Part shown: piece after piece, positions 1 through 10,036 of the stretch
Numbering within the stretch: position 1 is the stretch's first letter
Layout: each line of letters opens with the position of its first letter
Source of the DNA: Patescibacteria group bacterium
GTDB lineage: Bacteria > Patescibacteriota > UBA1384 > XYA2-FULL-43-10 > 1-14-0-10-43-13
Direction: 5' to 3'
DNA: 64,000 nucleotides
Assembly (NCBI GenBank): GCA_041671645.1
Contig: JBAZBD010000001.1
Span: 671,234-735,233 of the forward strand
Notes under the pieces: model-generated
The model's database searches: none
What the model saw: the letters and a program-made list of their open reading frames with translations, nothing else
Told to the model about the DNA's origin: nothing
Position numbers and translations under genes: made by a program

Positions 1-878
1 ATAACTTCTCTGATTTCCAAATTGTGGCGCTTGGCCACTTCGAAGTCGTTCGGATCATGAGCTGGGGTAATCTTGACTGCGCCTGTGCCAAACTTGGGAT
101 CAACATAATCGTCAGCAACGACTTTAATCTTCGCCTTACCCAAGACTGTTTCGATCTCGATTTCTTTGCCAACGTATTCCTTATATCTGGCGTCGCTTGG
201 ATTGACTGCAACGGCAGTATCGCCAAATTTCGTCTCTGGACGAACGGTAGCCAAGACGAGAGGGCCATACTTTATATAGTAAAGCGGATCGACTTGCTCT
301 TCATATTTAACTTCCAAATCAGACAATGAGGTTTGATGTTTGGTACACCAGTTGACCGGGCGAGAGGCGCGATAGGCCAAGCCATCATTATATAGATCAA
401 CAAAAGTCTGATAGACAGTGGCTATAATGTCAGGGTCAAGGGTAAATTTGCCTCTTTCCCAATCGCAAGAAGCACCGAGACGTTTGAGCTGAGACTCCAT
501 TACCTCTTTGTTCTTAAGCGTAAACTCGAGTGTTGCCTTGTAGAGCTCCTCCCTGGACATGTCGAATCGGCTTTTGCCCTCTTTTTCCAATTTCTTCTCA
601 AATACAACCTGGGTTTCAAATCCTGCATGGTCTGCCCCTGGTAGCCAGAGAGCGGCCTTGCCACTGAGCCTAGCAAATCGGATCATCAAGTCTTCAATCG
701 TGATGAAAACGGCATGGCCGAGATGGAGTGAACCGTTGGCGTTGGGCGGCGGCATTATAATAGAATAGGGCTCGCCGTCAGGATTGACCTCCGGCTTGAA
801 ATAGCCCGATTCCTCCCACATTTTGTAGAGTTCGGTTTCGACTTGATTGTGATCGTATGCTTTGGCAATTTCTTTCAT
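1..878 (-). CDS. valS: valyl-tRNA synthetase, N-terminal part (runs off the window start)
   Basis: Not in the ORF track. Manual translation from ATG at 878 gives MKEIAKAYDHNQVETELYKMWEESGYFKP...IMPPPNANGSLHLGHA (HIGH-like motif), then WLPGADHAG and LGASCDW. Confidence 0.95.
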   Translation of the reverse strand, partial: MKEIAKAYDHNQVETELYKMWEESGYFKPEVNPDGEPYSIIMPPPNANGSLHLGHAVFITIEDLMIRFARLSGKAALWLPGADHAGFETQVVFEKKLEKEGKSRFDMSREELYKATLEFTLKNKEVMESQLKRLGASCDWERGKFTLDPDIIATVYQTFVDLYNDGLAYRASRPVNWCTKHQTSLSDLEVKYEEQVDPLYYIKYGPLVLATVRPETKFGDTAVAVNPSDARYKEYVGKEIEIETVLGKAKIKVVADDYVDPKFGTGAVKITPAHDPNDFEVAKRHNLEIREV

Positions 879-987
879 ACTATTTTTATACCAGAAAGAG
901 GAACGCATTTCCACAATTACAAATTAAACAGAAATTCAAAATCTTCCAAGACATCAAAGTTGCTCGACAACACCATATTGAGACCTG

Positions 988-1506
988 TTATTCGGAAATA
1001 GCGCTATGCTTTTCTTTGATCATATCGGGGTAGCCAAGACCAGAGACAACATTTTCTTCATTAATGCCCAGTTTCTGGACAATCTCGTTGAGTATAGACT
1101 GGTCTGGAGCTTCAATCTCAACAAACTCGCCCAAGCCGTCAACTTTATCTAACAATATCTCGGCTTCCATAAAATTATATTTTGTTCTTTCTTTTTGGAC
1201 TTTTACCTCAAAAGGAAACCCTAGCTTCTCAAGAATTTCCTGAGTAAGCGACGCATCGCCGACCACGGTTTCCCATTCATTTGTCTGAAGGTCATCTACT
1301 ACTTCATGATACGCTAGCTCACCACTTTTTTCATTTTGATCAAATCGGATACGCAAATATTTAGTTCGTGCTTGCTCCTGCGGCACATTGAAGTAATAAT
1401 CAATGGTCGTTTTCAGGCCCTTTTTCTCGGCTCCCAATGACTCGACTGTGTCCTTAAGCTCTTCATAATTATCTATCTTGAATTTTCTTTCAATCTCTAC
1501 ATTCAT
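988..1506 (-). CDS. CYTH domain protein (class IV adenylate cyclase/triphosphatase-like)
   Basis: N-terminal EIERKF (ExExK), LRIR, VQKERTKY, LDKVDGLGEFVEIE. Confidence 0.85.
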   Translation of the reverse strand: MNVEIERKFKIDNYEELKDTVESLGAEKKGLKTTIDYYFNVPQEQARTKYLRIRFDQNEKSGELAYHEVVDDLQTNEWETVVGDASLTQEILEKLGFPFEVKVQKERTKYNFMEAEILLDKVDGLGEFVEIEAPDQSILNEIVQKLGINEENVVSGLGYPDMIKEKHSAISE

Positions 1507-1560
1507 TTTTATTTCTCCTTATGATTTAATCTCAATATTAAATCTTTTTGACAAATAAAT

Positions 1561-1585
1561 AAACCCCCGCCAAAGGCGAGGGTTT
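1561..1585. terminator. intrinsic terminator downstream of the kinase gene
   Basis: Hairpin AAACCCCCGCC-AAA-GGCGAGGGTTT with A/T tracts on both sides. Confidence 0.7.
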
Positions 1586-1607
1586 TGTAAGTAGTTGCAA
1601 TCGGCGG

Positions 1608-2150
1608 TTAGCCGATCATGTTGAAAATTTTCTGCGCAACTTCATCTGCGCTAAGCAAAGTGGTATCGATAATGTTACCGCAATAGCGGGGCAACATTAG
1701 ATCAACCTCGCGGAGGAGATCAATCTTTTCATCAGTATCTGACAAATAACCTCTGCTATAGAGTCGTTGTAGACGCACCTCCTCGGCGGCCTGTAGGCAG
1801 AAGTAATGGTCAGGCTGGACGATTGGTAATTTTGAGATATCGACAATGTCGACATCAACTCCCATCGCCTTATGAAAACATAACGTCGATATCAAATATC
1901 GATCGCAAACAACTGGACCGCTTTGGAGTAATCTTTCGATTTCTTCCGATGCAACCACATTGCAATTGAGATAAAACAGATATCTGACGAGTGGAGCGAT
2001 CCCCTCGCCATCGTAATATGCCCGCTGCCCAATCATTGGCCCGAACGGAGTTTTGATGAGCGTGGCGCCCATCAAATCGGCAAGAAGTTTCGCTACTGTA
2101 CTCTTGCCAGTACCGTCGATGCCTTCGATGGCAACCATTTTATTCGGCAT
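1608..2150 (-). CDS. nucleoside monophosphate kinase, thymidylate-kinase fold, CMPK2-like
   Basis: VAIEGIDGTGKST P-loop, LIKTP, FY..CNVVAS, VVCDRY..ST, QPD...L, RLQRL..RG. Start moved to ATG 2150, which overlaps the upstream gene. Confidence 0.8.
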   Translation of the reverse strand: MPNKMVAIEGIDGTGKSTVAKLLADLMGATLIKTPFGPMIGQRAYYDGEGIAPLVRYLFYLNCNVVASEEIERLLQSGPVVCDRYLISTLCFHKAMGVDVDIVDISKLPIVQPDHYFCLQAAEEVRLQRLYSRGYLSDTDEKIDLLREVDLMLPRYCGNIIDTTLLSADEVAQKIFNMIG

Positions 2151-2634
2151 GATCGTCATCCCCCGGTTGAATCCGCGCAATAACAATTTCTTTCTTGCCA
2201 AGCTTGAATTCATGATACTTTTTTTGGTGAATCAGGGCCTCACCCAAAGGTGACATGTTGGAGATGACCATAATTTTGCCGATTGTTGTCTCCACTTCCA
2301 GCCCCCCTACTTGCTCGGATGAAATATAGACGATTTTCTTGGAACCATCCGAATAGCCCAGAAAAACGATACAGCCGATTTCTACAGTACCATCACCGGC
2401 AATGCCTTCCTGTATTTTTTTGCGAAGTTCGTCGGCGGCTGCAATATAGTTTTGCTTGAAACCATCAGCAGCTGCAGCCTCGCGAGAGAAATCCTCCCGA
2501 TAAGTATCATATCGGGACTCGTTTCTCGTCTGCGAGGTGAGCACTCCCTCTACGGCGCTATCGACATGACCCTGGAAATCCCCTACTTTTCGAAGCAAGG
2601 CTTCCAGGATTTCATTAACAACTTTTATCCACAT
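2140..2634 (-). CDS. divergent GreA/GreB-family protein
   Basis: N-terminal helical hairpin with an ESRYDT tip. C-terminal VEIGCIV...VISNMSPLGEALI is typical of the Gre C-terminal domain. Confidence 0.7.
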   Translation of the reverse strand: MWIKVVNEILEALLRKVGDFQGHVDSAVEGVLTSQTRNESRYDTYREDFSREAAAADGFKQNYIAAADELRKKIQEGIAGDGTVEIGCIVFLGYSDGSKKIVYISSEQVGGLEVETTIGKIMVISNMSPLGEALIHQKKYHEFKLGKKEIVIARIQPGDDDHAE

Positions 2635-3544
2635 AATTTACCCCTTCGCCCAGAGACATTATCTCTTCGAGCTGTTTTGATTTGCAGAACTCACTTAACC
2701 TGAAGTGAGACATTGAGTCGGTACGGTGTAAGCAAAGACGAACATAAAGCTCGCCGTCGATTGACTCTACCCGAGTGTTATAGAAACCCTCGAGACATGG
2801 AAGATTGCAGCCAGTGCACATAGTAGTGAGACGCTGGTTGCCAATTAGTTTCACTGTAATTTTGCCCATTTTCGTGTCGTAAACCTTTCTGGTTTCGCTC
2901 GAACCGAGACTTTCGATAGTCTCCCTCCGATTGGCCTGGATAGATTCAAGGACGACGTCAATGTTTTGAAGTGATCTGTCTGAGCCAAGGATGTTTAGAA
3001 GTCGAATATCGACGTCAAATTCACTCAACTGATTAATCACTTCGAGGGCTAACTCGGGGTCATCCCCGACGACTGTGTTCACTTTTGTAAAGATACCCAG
3101 CCTACTGCTTTCTGCGATGTTGTGGATGAGCCGGTCTATTTGTCTTTGGGATAGTGATCTATCCTCATGACCCTGGATTTTGGCCCATTCCGTCGAACGA
3201 AGGGTATGAAACGAGAAATTCACATTATCAAGCCCGGTTGCCGAAAGGGAAGTTAAAATTCTGGAGTTGAACTGACCATTTGTGGTCAAAGAGCAAGCCA
3301 GATCGTGTGATCGCACCAAACCGACCATTTCTGGAAGATCACGATGCAGGGTTGGTTCTCCACCCGTAATATGAAATTTTGAATATCCATATTGGCAGGC
3401 GAAATCGGTCAGCGTGTGAATTTGTTCGATTGTCATCGGCATGCTTACAGCACTACCTTCGCGATGGCAGAAGAAACAATTTAGATTGCAATCATTGATT
3501 ACTTTCGCACGCAAAATTCGGTCTTTAGTTGTTCTAACGTTCAT
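2615..3544 (-). CDS. radical SAM enzyme, MoaA (GTP 3',8-cyclase)-like
   Basis: CNLNCFFCHREG (CxxxCxxC), ITGGEPT, LTTNG, KVNTV, and C-terminal CTGC...C...RLCL auxiliary-cluster cysteines. Confidence 0.85.
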   Translation of the reverse strand: MNVRTTKDRILRAKVINDCNLNCFFCHREGSAVSMPMTIEQIHTLTDFACQYGYSKFHITGGEPTLHRDLPEMVGLVRSHDLACSLTTNGQFNSRILTSLSATGLDNVNFSFHTLRSTEWAKIQGHEDRSLSQRQIDRLIHNIAESSRLGIFTKVNTVVGDDPELALEVINQLSEFDVDIRLLNILGSDRSLQNIDVVLESIQANRRETIESLGSSETRKVYDTKMGKITVKLIGNQRLTTMCTGCNLPCLEGFYNTRVESIDGELYVRLCLHRTDSMSHFRLSEFCKSKQLEEIMSLGEGVNYVDKSC

Positions 3545-3764
3545 AGGTCACCTCTTTTTTCAAAGTACTAGCTACATGCATTCCGTTGGAAATGATATAA
3601 CTCCAATTTATCTCAATTACTTGAAATATGAATGTTACTGTGGCGAAAAGTGTGAAAGAAAATTGATAAATCTCTTTCGGTCGAAGGGTATCGCTCTGAA
3701 TCTTTCTGACGATTCCCTTGGATAATGATACTTCTCTTCCTGAGAATATTGGGCCAACAACTTA

Positions 3765-4013
3765 TTAGTTGATAACAAGTTTTGTCGGCTTGATTAGGGT
3801 TACAAGATGTGCACGAAAATTTTCAATTTCGGCGGCACTGTAATTGCCAATCAGGGTGACCGTAGTCATCCCATCATCGCTGAATTTCACAGAAATATTG
3901 AGATTTCTCATATTCGCTGCTCCATCGATGAATATTTTCGCTCTGCCTGCAATATAAAGTTTGCACTTTTTGCAGTACAGGCCTTCTCCAGGAAACACGT
4001 GGCGACATTTCAT
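3765..4013 (-). CDS. hypothetical protein (N-terminal C/H-rich, possible Zn ligand set)
   Basis: GGAGG RBS upstream; CRH...CKKC motif. Confidence 0.45.
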   Translation of the reverse strand: MKCRHVFPGEGLYCKKCKLYIAGRAKIFIDGAANMRNLNISVKFSDDGMTTVTLIGNYSAAEIENFRAHLVTLIKPTKLVIN

Positions 4014-4154
4014 TTCATTTCCCTCCAATCAAGAAATTAACTATTTATAACATAAACAGAGCTCTAAGTCAAACGAATGAGCTCACTCTTTCCGTTCACT
4101 GAAATAATTTGCGACATAAAAATCCCCCTGCGAGTGCAGAGGGATGGAAAATTA

Positions 4155-4823
4155 CTAAACCTTTTTGAGGTGTTTCAAGAAATCTAGCCGTTGTTCGGCC
4201 AGATTGAGAGTTTGGTGAAGATTATAGGCAAAACGTATCTGATAATCTTCTGGGATGAACCGAGTGCCTTCTTCCATCTTCTCACGGAAAGTGCCAAGAG
4301 TTTCTTCGCACTTAATGATTTCCTTAGCAACGTCTCCGTTGTAAGGGTCTAGATGGTTGACCTTTCGGTCAAGCACGCGAATGGGTAAAAGCTCCCACCA
4401 CTGCTTGGCAGCCTCGAGAAAACGAGGGTAATATAATTCGCGGTGGCGTTTCTCCTCCAAAGGGATGGAAAGAGCGTGGATGCCAAAGGCGATCTGCGGC
4501 CCGTATTTGGGTCCGAAGAATTCAGCAATATAATCTCTGCTAATGCAGATTATTGAGCCATCTGGCCCTCTGAGTTTGCCGTCTTCTTCGAAGTCATGGC
4601 CAATGGCAACGCATTGCGCCAGAAATGATAAACCGAAAACCATTGATTCCTGGCCAACTGCCAGTGAATGACCAACAGCTTTTCGACCGTCACGACGAGG
4701 ATTGAACAAGACTTCGTCAGCGAAGCCAGCAGTCCTCTGGATCAGTCCATAAGCCTCTCCGGAGAGCGCCAATAAACTGATCTTAGTAATGTAGTTGTTG
4801 AATTCTGGAAGTGTCACATACAT
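4155..4823 (-). CDS. HD-domain hydrolase, RelA/SpoT-hydrolase (Mesh1/SAH)-like, divergent
   Basis: RRDG...HSLAV, GHDFEED and VLDRKVN motifs; AGGAG RBS. Confidence 0.6.
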   Translation of the reverse strand: MYVTLPEFNNYITKISLLALSGEAYGLIQRTAGFADEVLFNPRRDGRKAVGHSLAVGQESMVFGLSFLAQCVAIGHDFEEDGKLRGPDGSIICISRDYIAEFFGPKYGPQIAFGIHALSIPLEEKRHRELYYPRFLEAAKQWWELLPIRVLDRKVNHLDPYNGDVAKEIIKCEETLGTFREKMEEGTRFIPEDYQIRFAYNLHQTLNLAEQRLDFLKHLKKV

Positions 4824-5057
4824 CGTGCGCTCTCCTTTTTCGAACGTTCGAGGGATAGATTGTCAAAGTGCTACTTTAAGCAATAAGTAAATAAGCAAAT
4901 AAGCAGGTAAGTTATTCCGAACAACTAATGATAATCTCGGATTAGTGATTCGTAATTAGTTAAATTCTGATTCGTATGAACCGCAGCTACAAAAAAATGA
5001 CCCAGTGGGTCATTTCATTTTTTGCGCAGTCTGCCGCAGTCATCCTTCATGTTTTGG

Positions 5058-5099
5058 CCGGCCTTATCGGCTGGCAGGCCTGCCTCATCGGCTGGCAGG
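5058..5099. repeat. tandem 21-nt palindromic repeat (2 copies)
   Basis: CCGGCCTTATCGGCTGGCAGG followed by CCTGCCTCATCGGCTGGCAGG. Confidence 0.7.
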
Positions 5100-5286
5100 C
5101 ACAAAGTGGTGTCCAAGTATTGTTTGTACTTAAACAGCTTGTGCTTTTCTCTTGACATGTTCTAACTATAGTATTTCAATGCGGTATAGTTGTCAATAGG
5201 TATAGTTTTGTCTTCTCTCTGACTAATTAAAATAACCGCCGCCGATGCCCTAGAGAGGGTTGTCGACGACGGTTGAGCAATCAATT

Positions 5287-5883
5287 CTATTGACCGGAAA
5301 GCTTTCGAAGCTCGCCGAGAACTGATTCGACCAAACTGGTTTGAGTTTCCGAGCCACTCTTGGGGGTTGGTATTCCCCTGGTTGTCGCTGCACTCTTCCA
5401 ATAACAGTCGATAAATACATCTTTTCCGGTACATTCGGTCGCATTTTCAAACCATGTGTTGCGATTTGAGTCATAAATCCTGAAAGTCCCATCGCCGTTA
5501 TCCTTGAGATAAAGATAAGCCCCGTTCTTCTCGGCAAAACCAAGAAGTTCATTGCTCGAGTAGATATGGTTGCTATTTGCATCATCGAAGACACAGATAG
5601 CGTAAAGGCTGCGCACTCCTGAAGGAGGCAGAGGAATCGACCACTTGACGTCCTGCCAATCATTCGAAGACACTGGTATCGATGCCGATGAATACGTAGC
5701 GAAAGAGCTGCCTCCGTCATAGAGAAGTCCAATCCGCGGCTTGGTTGCGTTAGAATGAATATTTGCAACTCCTCGAAGCATCGGTTTTGGGGCGCCTCCT
5801 CCTCCGCACCCGCTGAAGAGGAACATTACAGCCATCGCTGCCAGGGCGATGGTCAGGGACGAAAGAGCGATGTGCTTAAGCAT
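5287..5883 (-). CDS. putative lipoprotein
   Basis: ATG 5883 with GGAG RBS; hydrophobic signal peptide and lipobox FSGC followed by GGGG. Confidence 0.7.
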   Translation of the reverse strand: MLKHIALSSLTIALAAMAVMFLFSGCGGGGAPKPMLRGVANIHSNATKPRIGLLYDGGSSFATYSSASIPVSSNDWQDVKWSIPLPPSGVRSLYAICVFDDANSNHIYSSNELLGFAEKNGAYLYLKDNGDGTFRIYDSNRNTWFENATECTGKDVFIDCYWKSAATTRGIPTPKSGSETQTSLVESVLGELRKLSGQ

Positions 5884-6354
5884 CTCTACTCTCCTTTGAA
5901 TGTAGTTTGCTATTGCGAAGTGAAATCTTTCGCTCGCGAATCTGGCTACACAGTACAACATTATCACGTCCTAGTCAAGTAATTTGCTCGGCATATACGA
6001 AAACCGGCGCGCCAATATGGCACGCCAAGCATTCATTCGTAAATGGCAGAAATAAAAAATCAGTCCGAAGATTGATTGTATGTTTCAAACCATTTATATG
6101 GTTTCTAGAGATTTCATTTAGATGAATCTGCCTGAAATTTCCGAGCTGACAGTGGCTAGCATTTTGTCAACTTTGCTAGTTTAGCATCACATATCGAGAC
6201 CGTCAAAGTTAATTTTGAGCACAAGATTTTATTATTAACGTAAACTGTGGATAGATTCATCTGATGAATCAAACAACAATTCTCTCGTCAAGTGATTGTA
6301 AATGTATACGATATCTTGTACATTACATTTATATATTAATAAATCCTTTTTCCT

Positions 6355-7164
6355 ATGGAAAAAATGGACCAAGCCTCCTTCCGCAAGGAGCACCGCTCGA
6401 GAAATTTGGGGCTCCTAACCGAAGAGGAGCAGACAAAGATCAACAATACTACATTGCTCATTGCTGGTTGTGGTGTCGGCTCACAGATCGCTCTCTCTGC
6501 TGTTCGAATCGGGTTTGAAAATTTTATACTCGTCGATGGCGATACGGTAGAATTATCCAACAATAATAGACAAGGCTACAGCTGGCGCGATGTTGGACGT
6601 TACAAAGTCGATGCCCTTGCTCACAAAATCAAGGCGATCAATCCACATGCCCACATTCGCAAATATCCAATCTTTATAACTGTTGATAACGCGGCCAAAA
6701 TATCTCGCAAGGCTGATATCGTGGTCGACTCTATCGACCCAGACGCGGCCCAAGCGGTGATAGCTCTGCATAGAGCCGCCAAAAAATTTCATCACACAGT
6801 GATCCAGCCCACAGACGTCGGTTGGGGCGCCATGCTTCAGATCTTCACTCCCGATAGCATTTCATATGAAGAAATGATCGGTCTCAATCCCCGAACTCCT
6901 CTCGACAAGATTGATAATGAGGAAGCATTCACAAAATTCATCGATTTTTTTATGAAATTGATGCCTCCTTATGTACAAAAAGTCGCCTTAGATGTAGCGG
7001 AAGGACGACAAGCGCATTATCCACAACCAATCTCGGCTAGTTATATTTTGGCTGCTATGACAGTGGTAGCGGCCAAAAGAGTTGCCCTGGACTTGCCAGT
7101 TAGAGTTGCTCCTGACTATATCTCCTTTGACCCAAATACGATTTTGATCCCAGATGAAAAATAA
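6355..7164 (+). CDS. ThiF/HesA/MoeB-family adenylyltransferase
   Basis: LIAGCGVGS, VDGDTVELSNNNRQ, GRYKVD, DIVVDSID; no CxxC zinc motifs. Confidence 0.9.
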   Translation: MEKMDQASFRKEHRSRNLGLLTEEEQTKINNTTLLIAGCGVGSQIALSAVRIGFENFILVDGDTVELSNNNRQGYSWRDVGRYKVDALAHKIKAINPHAHIRKYPIFITVDNAAKISRKADIVVDSIDPDAAQAVIALHRAAKKFHHTVIQPTDVGWGAMLQIFTPDSISYEEMIGLNPRTPLDKIDNEEAFTKFIDFFMKLMPPYVQKVALDVAEGRQAHYPQPISASYILAAMTVVAAKRVALDLPVRVAPDYISFDPNTILIPDEK

Positions 7165-8470
7165 ATATAATCTGACCCTGATAATTACCGCTTTGGCGGT
7201 AGCCGATTTCTTGGGTGCTATCGACAGCACCGCACTTAATGTTGCCTTGCCCAAAATTACGAGCACTCTCCATATTTCGATTACAACTGCCCAATGGCTG
7301 CCAAACGCCTTCACTCTTGCCTTGGTCGCCCTCCTGATATTCATGGGGAAGCTCGGCAGCAAGATAGGAACTAAAAAATTGTATCTGATCGGACTCGGTG
7401 TATTTGGCATAAGCTCCCTAATACTTGGGTTCACAAACAATATCCCTCTTTTAATTTCTCTCCGTGCGATCCAAGGTATTGCTACCGCCATACTATATAC
7501 GATGCCGATGATTATTATCGCTAATCTCTGGAAGGAGCGAGAGAAAGCATTCGCAGTCACCTCCGCAACATTTGCGGGCGGTATGCTTGTCGGGCCAGTT
7601 CTCGGTGGCATGCTGGCGAATTTGGATTTTGGTAGTTTCTATGGCTGGCATTTAGTTTTTCTAATCAATGTTCCGCTTGTGATCGTTGGCTTGATCATCG
7701 CCGCCAAATACATTCCAGAGATTCCAAAAGTCGAGCAAAAGATAGATTTTGGCAGTATGCTGATCCTATCATCGGCTCTAGCTATCATCGTTCTCTCGTT
7801 TGCCCAAATCAGTAGATACTATTTGATCTTAGGAGCCTTACTTTTGATTGTCTTGTATTTCTACCAACGCAAGATCAAAAATTCGCTTGTCGACTTTCAC
7901 TTATTCCAGAATCAAACTTTTACCGCAGCCAATGTCCTGAGTTTCACATCTATGGTCTCTCTCATTGGAATGTCATTCGTCCTTACCTTCTACCTTCAGG
8001 ATATATTGAAATGGAATTCGCTCCAGGCAGGCTTGGCCCTAATCCCAGTACCAGTAATCACGGGAATATTCTCTGGCATTGGTGGTCAGCTCAAGAGTTG
8101 GCGAGTTGGCGGATTCTTGAGTGCAATATTAATTCTCCTCGGCCTCGCTTTCTTGACTAGGATCGATCCTTCAGTTTCATACGCTGCTGGCATTTTGCCA
8201 GGGCTGGCCTTGGTTTCTGCCGGTAGCGGATTTCTCATGACCTCAATATTTGCCGCAATTATTGGCTCTGCGCCTACAGAAAATTCCGGGAGCGCCTCAG
8301 GGATTCTCAATACTCTTCAGCAAATGGGAGCCCTCATCGGCATCGCCATCATCGCCTCTATCACACTCGAGTACCGACTGGCGTTCACAGTCCTTACGGG
8401 TTGTGGTATCATTGGACTAATATCCGCATTTTTTATTAAGAATAGACAAATTAATACAAGAATTGAGTAA
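7154..8470 (+). CDS. MFS exporter, DHA2 (EmrB/QacA)-like
   Basis: DSTALNVALP, GKLGSKIG, LRAIQG, GPVLGG, WHLVFLINVP, ASGILNTLQQMG. Confidence 0.9.
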   Translation: MKNKYNLTLIITALAVADFLGAIDSTALNVALPKITSTLHISITTAQWLPNAFTLALVALLIFMGKLGSKIGTKKLYLIGLGVFGISSLILGFTNNIPLLISLRAIQGIATAILYTMPMIIIANLWKEREKAFAVTSATFAGGMLVGPVLGGMLANLDFGSFYGWHLVFLINVPLVIVGLIIAAKYIPEIPKVEQKIDFGSMLILSSALAIIVLSFAQISRYYLILGALLLIVLYFYQRKIKNSLVDFHLFQNQTFTAANVLSFTSMVSLIGMSFVLTFYLQDILKWNSLQAGLALIPVPVITGIFSGIGGQLKSWRVGGFLSAILILLGLAFLTRIDPSVSYAAGILPGLALVSAGSGFLMTSIFAAIIGSAPTENSGSASGILNTLQQMGALIGIAIIASITLEYRLAFTVLTGCGIIGLISAFFIKNRQINTRIE

Positions 8471-8471
8471 A

Positions 8472-10019
8472 ATGGAAGAACCAAAAAAACAACCAACAAT
8501 GGCAGAAATAATGGCTGACTACGATAAAGCTATGGCATTTTTATCCCAAACTCCCGCAGAGGTATGGGAAGGAATCTCCGAGAAGACAGCGCTAGGTGTC
8601 TTCAAAGAGACCGCAGGGTCTATTCCAGCATATGGTCAAATACTAAAAAAGAATTCTGTCGACCCTGAAAAAATTACTAGTATGGCTGATTTTCATAATC
8701 TGCCAATAATTGACAAATATAACTATATAAATAAATTTTCTTTCGACGAGACTAACACTGTCAAGCCAGGAAACCATTTTTATAGTTTTACACTAAGTTC
8801 TGGGACTATAGATGAGCCAACAATCTGGCCAAGATATTATGATTGGGAAGAGTCATTACCCAGCCAGTTTGATATGTATATGAGCCTCTATTGGGGATTT
8901 AGAGACAAGTCGACCCTATTTATTAATGCCTACTCGCTTGGATGCTGGACTGCTGGTTGGACAGTAAACGTACTTGGGAGAGAGTTGACTCAGAAACGCA
9001 ATATGACGCTAGCAACCTGCGGCGCCGATCTCGACAGTATCGTCTACACTATTAAGAAATTATCAAAATATTATGACCAAACGGTTATTTGGTCATACCC
9101 CACCTTTGCTCGAACGATATTGGAACGGCTAGAAATAGAAGGTATCAACATCAGAAAGTTAAATCTTAAGCTTTTTATCGCCGGGGAGCATCACACCATT
9201 GAGTGGAAACACTACGTCAACAAATTAATCTCTGGTGATGAGTCGAAACTCACTGACATCATGGAGGGTTATGGTACCTCAGATGGTGGGATGATCGGCC
9301 TGTCTTCGGCCTTTAGCACTCTTGTGAGGGAGCTTTCCTATACGGATAAAAAATTGTGTGAAGATCTGTTTGGTAGGGATGACTGCGTTCCTTCTCTATT
9401 CCAATATTTTACCAGCACCTACTATATGGAGGAGCAGAATGGCGAAGTGATATTCACGACAAAAGCCACCACCCCCTTAATTAGATACAACATTCACGAT
9501 CGTGGAGGTGTTATAAAATTCAGAGAGATGGAGCAAAAACTCGCCGAGCATGGCTATGACTATAAAAAGATCCTCAAGGAAAAGGGCTTCTCAGCAGAGA
9601 GCATTTGGCAGCATCCATTCTTGTTTTGCTTTGGCAGGCGTGATGACACGATCGCAATTGCAGGGGTAAAGATCTACCCAGAGCAGATTGCCCCAGCAAT
9701 TTTCTCTGGAAAAATGAATGATGTTCATAACTTCAAATTAATACTCTCCTTTGACAAGCAGCAGAAACACGCCTTTGAGATCGCCCTTGAGTTGAAAGAT
9801 GGCAAAAAACATAAGCATGAAGCTGTGAGGACACTTGAACGCAAATATCACGACTTGATTACCGCCGAGTTGAGTCGGAACAATACAGATTACTATGACC
9901 TTGTGAAGATCGAAGGCAAGGGAGCTGACCCAGAAATCAGCATTTACGAATTTGGAACTGGTCCATTCTCTGGTGATCTGCGAAGGACTAAACCGAGAAT
10001 GGTCGTTCGAGAGTCATAG
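8472..10019 (+). CDS. phenylacetate-CoA ligase (PaaK)-like adenylate-forming enzyme
   Basis: LPIIDK, SSGT..EP, YPTF, AGE, GYGTSD, PLIRYNIHD, GRRDD, GVKIYPEQI. Confidence 0.85.
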   Translation: MEEPKKQPTMAEIMADYDKAMAFLSQTPAEVWEGISEKTALGVFKETAGSIPAYGQILKKNSVDPEKITSMADFHNLPIIDKYNYINKFSFDETNTVKPGNHFYSFTLSSGTIDEPTIWPRYYDWEESLPSQFDMYMSLYWGFRDKSTLFINAYSLGCWTAGWTVNVLGRELTQKRNMTLATCGADLDSIVYTIKKLSKYYDQTVIWSYPTFARTILERLEIEGINIRKLNLKLFIAGEHHTIEWKHYVNKLISGDESKLTDIMEGYGTSDGGMIGLSSAFSTLVRELSYTDKKLCEDLFGRDDCVPSLFQYFTSTYYMEEQNGEVIFTTKATTPLIRYNIHDRGGVIKFREMEQKLAEHGYDYKKILKEKGFSAESIWQHPFLFCFGRRDDTIAIAGVKIYPEQIAPAIFSGKMNDVHNFKLILSFDKQQKHAFEIALELKDGKKHKHEAVRTLERKYHDLITAELSRNNTDYYDLVKIEGKGADPEISIYEFGTGPFSGDLRRTKPRMVVRES

Positions 10020-10036
10020 AAATTTAGGAGGGAAAC

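Noticed and set aside
988-1506. CYTH gene as a fourth member of the radical SAM operon
   Set aside because: A terminator hairpin at 1561-1585 separates it from the kinase, so linkage is unsupported.
2615-3544. Calling the radical SAM protein viperin or moaA outright
   Set aside because: The motifs are MoaA-like rather than viperin-like, yet the terminal GG and the Moco gene context are missing. It is left as MoaA-like with unknown product.
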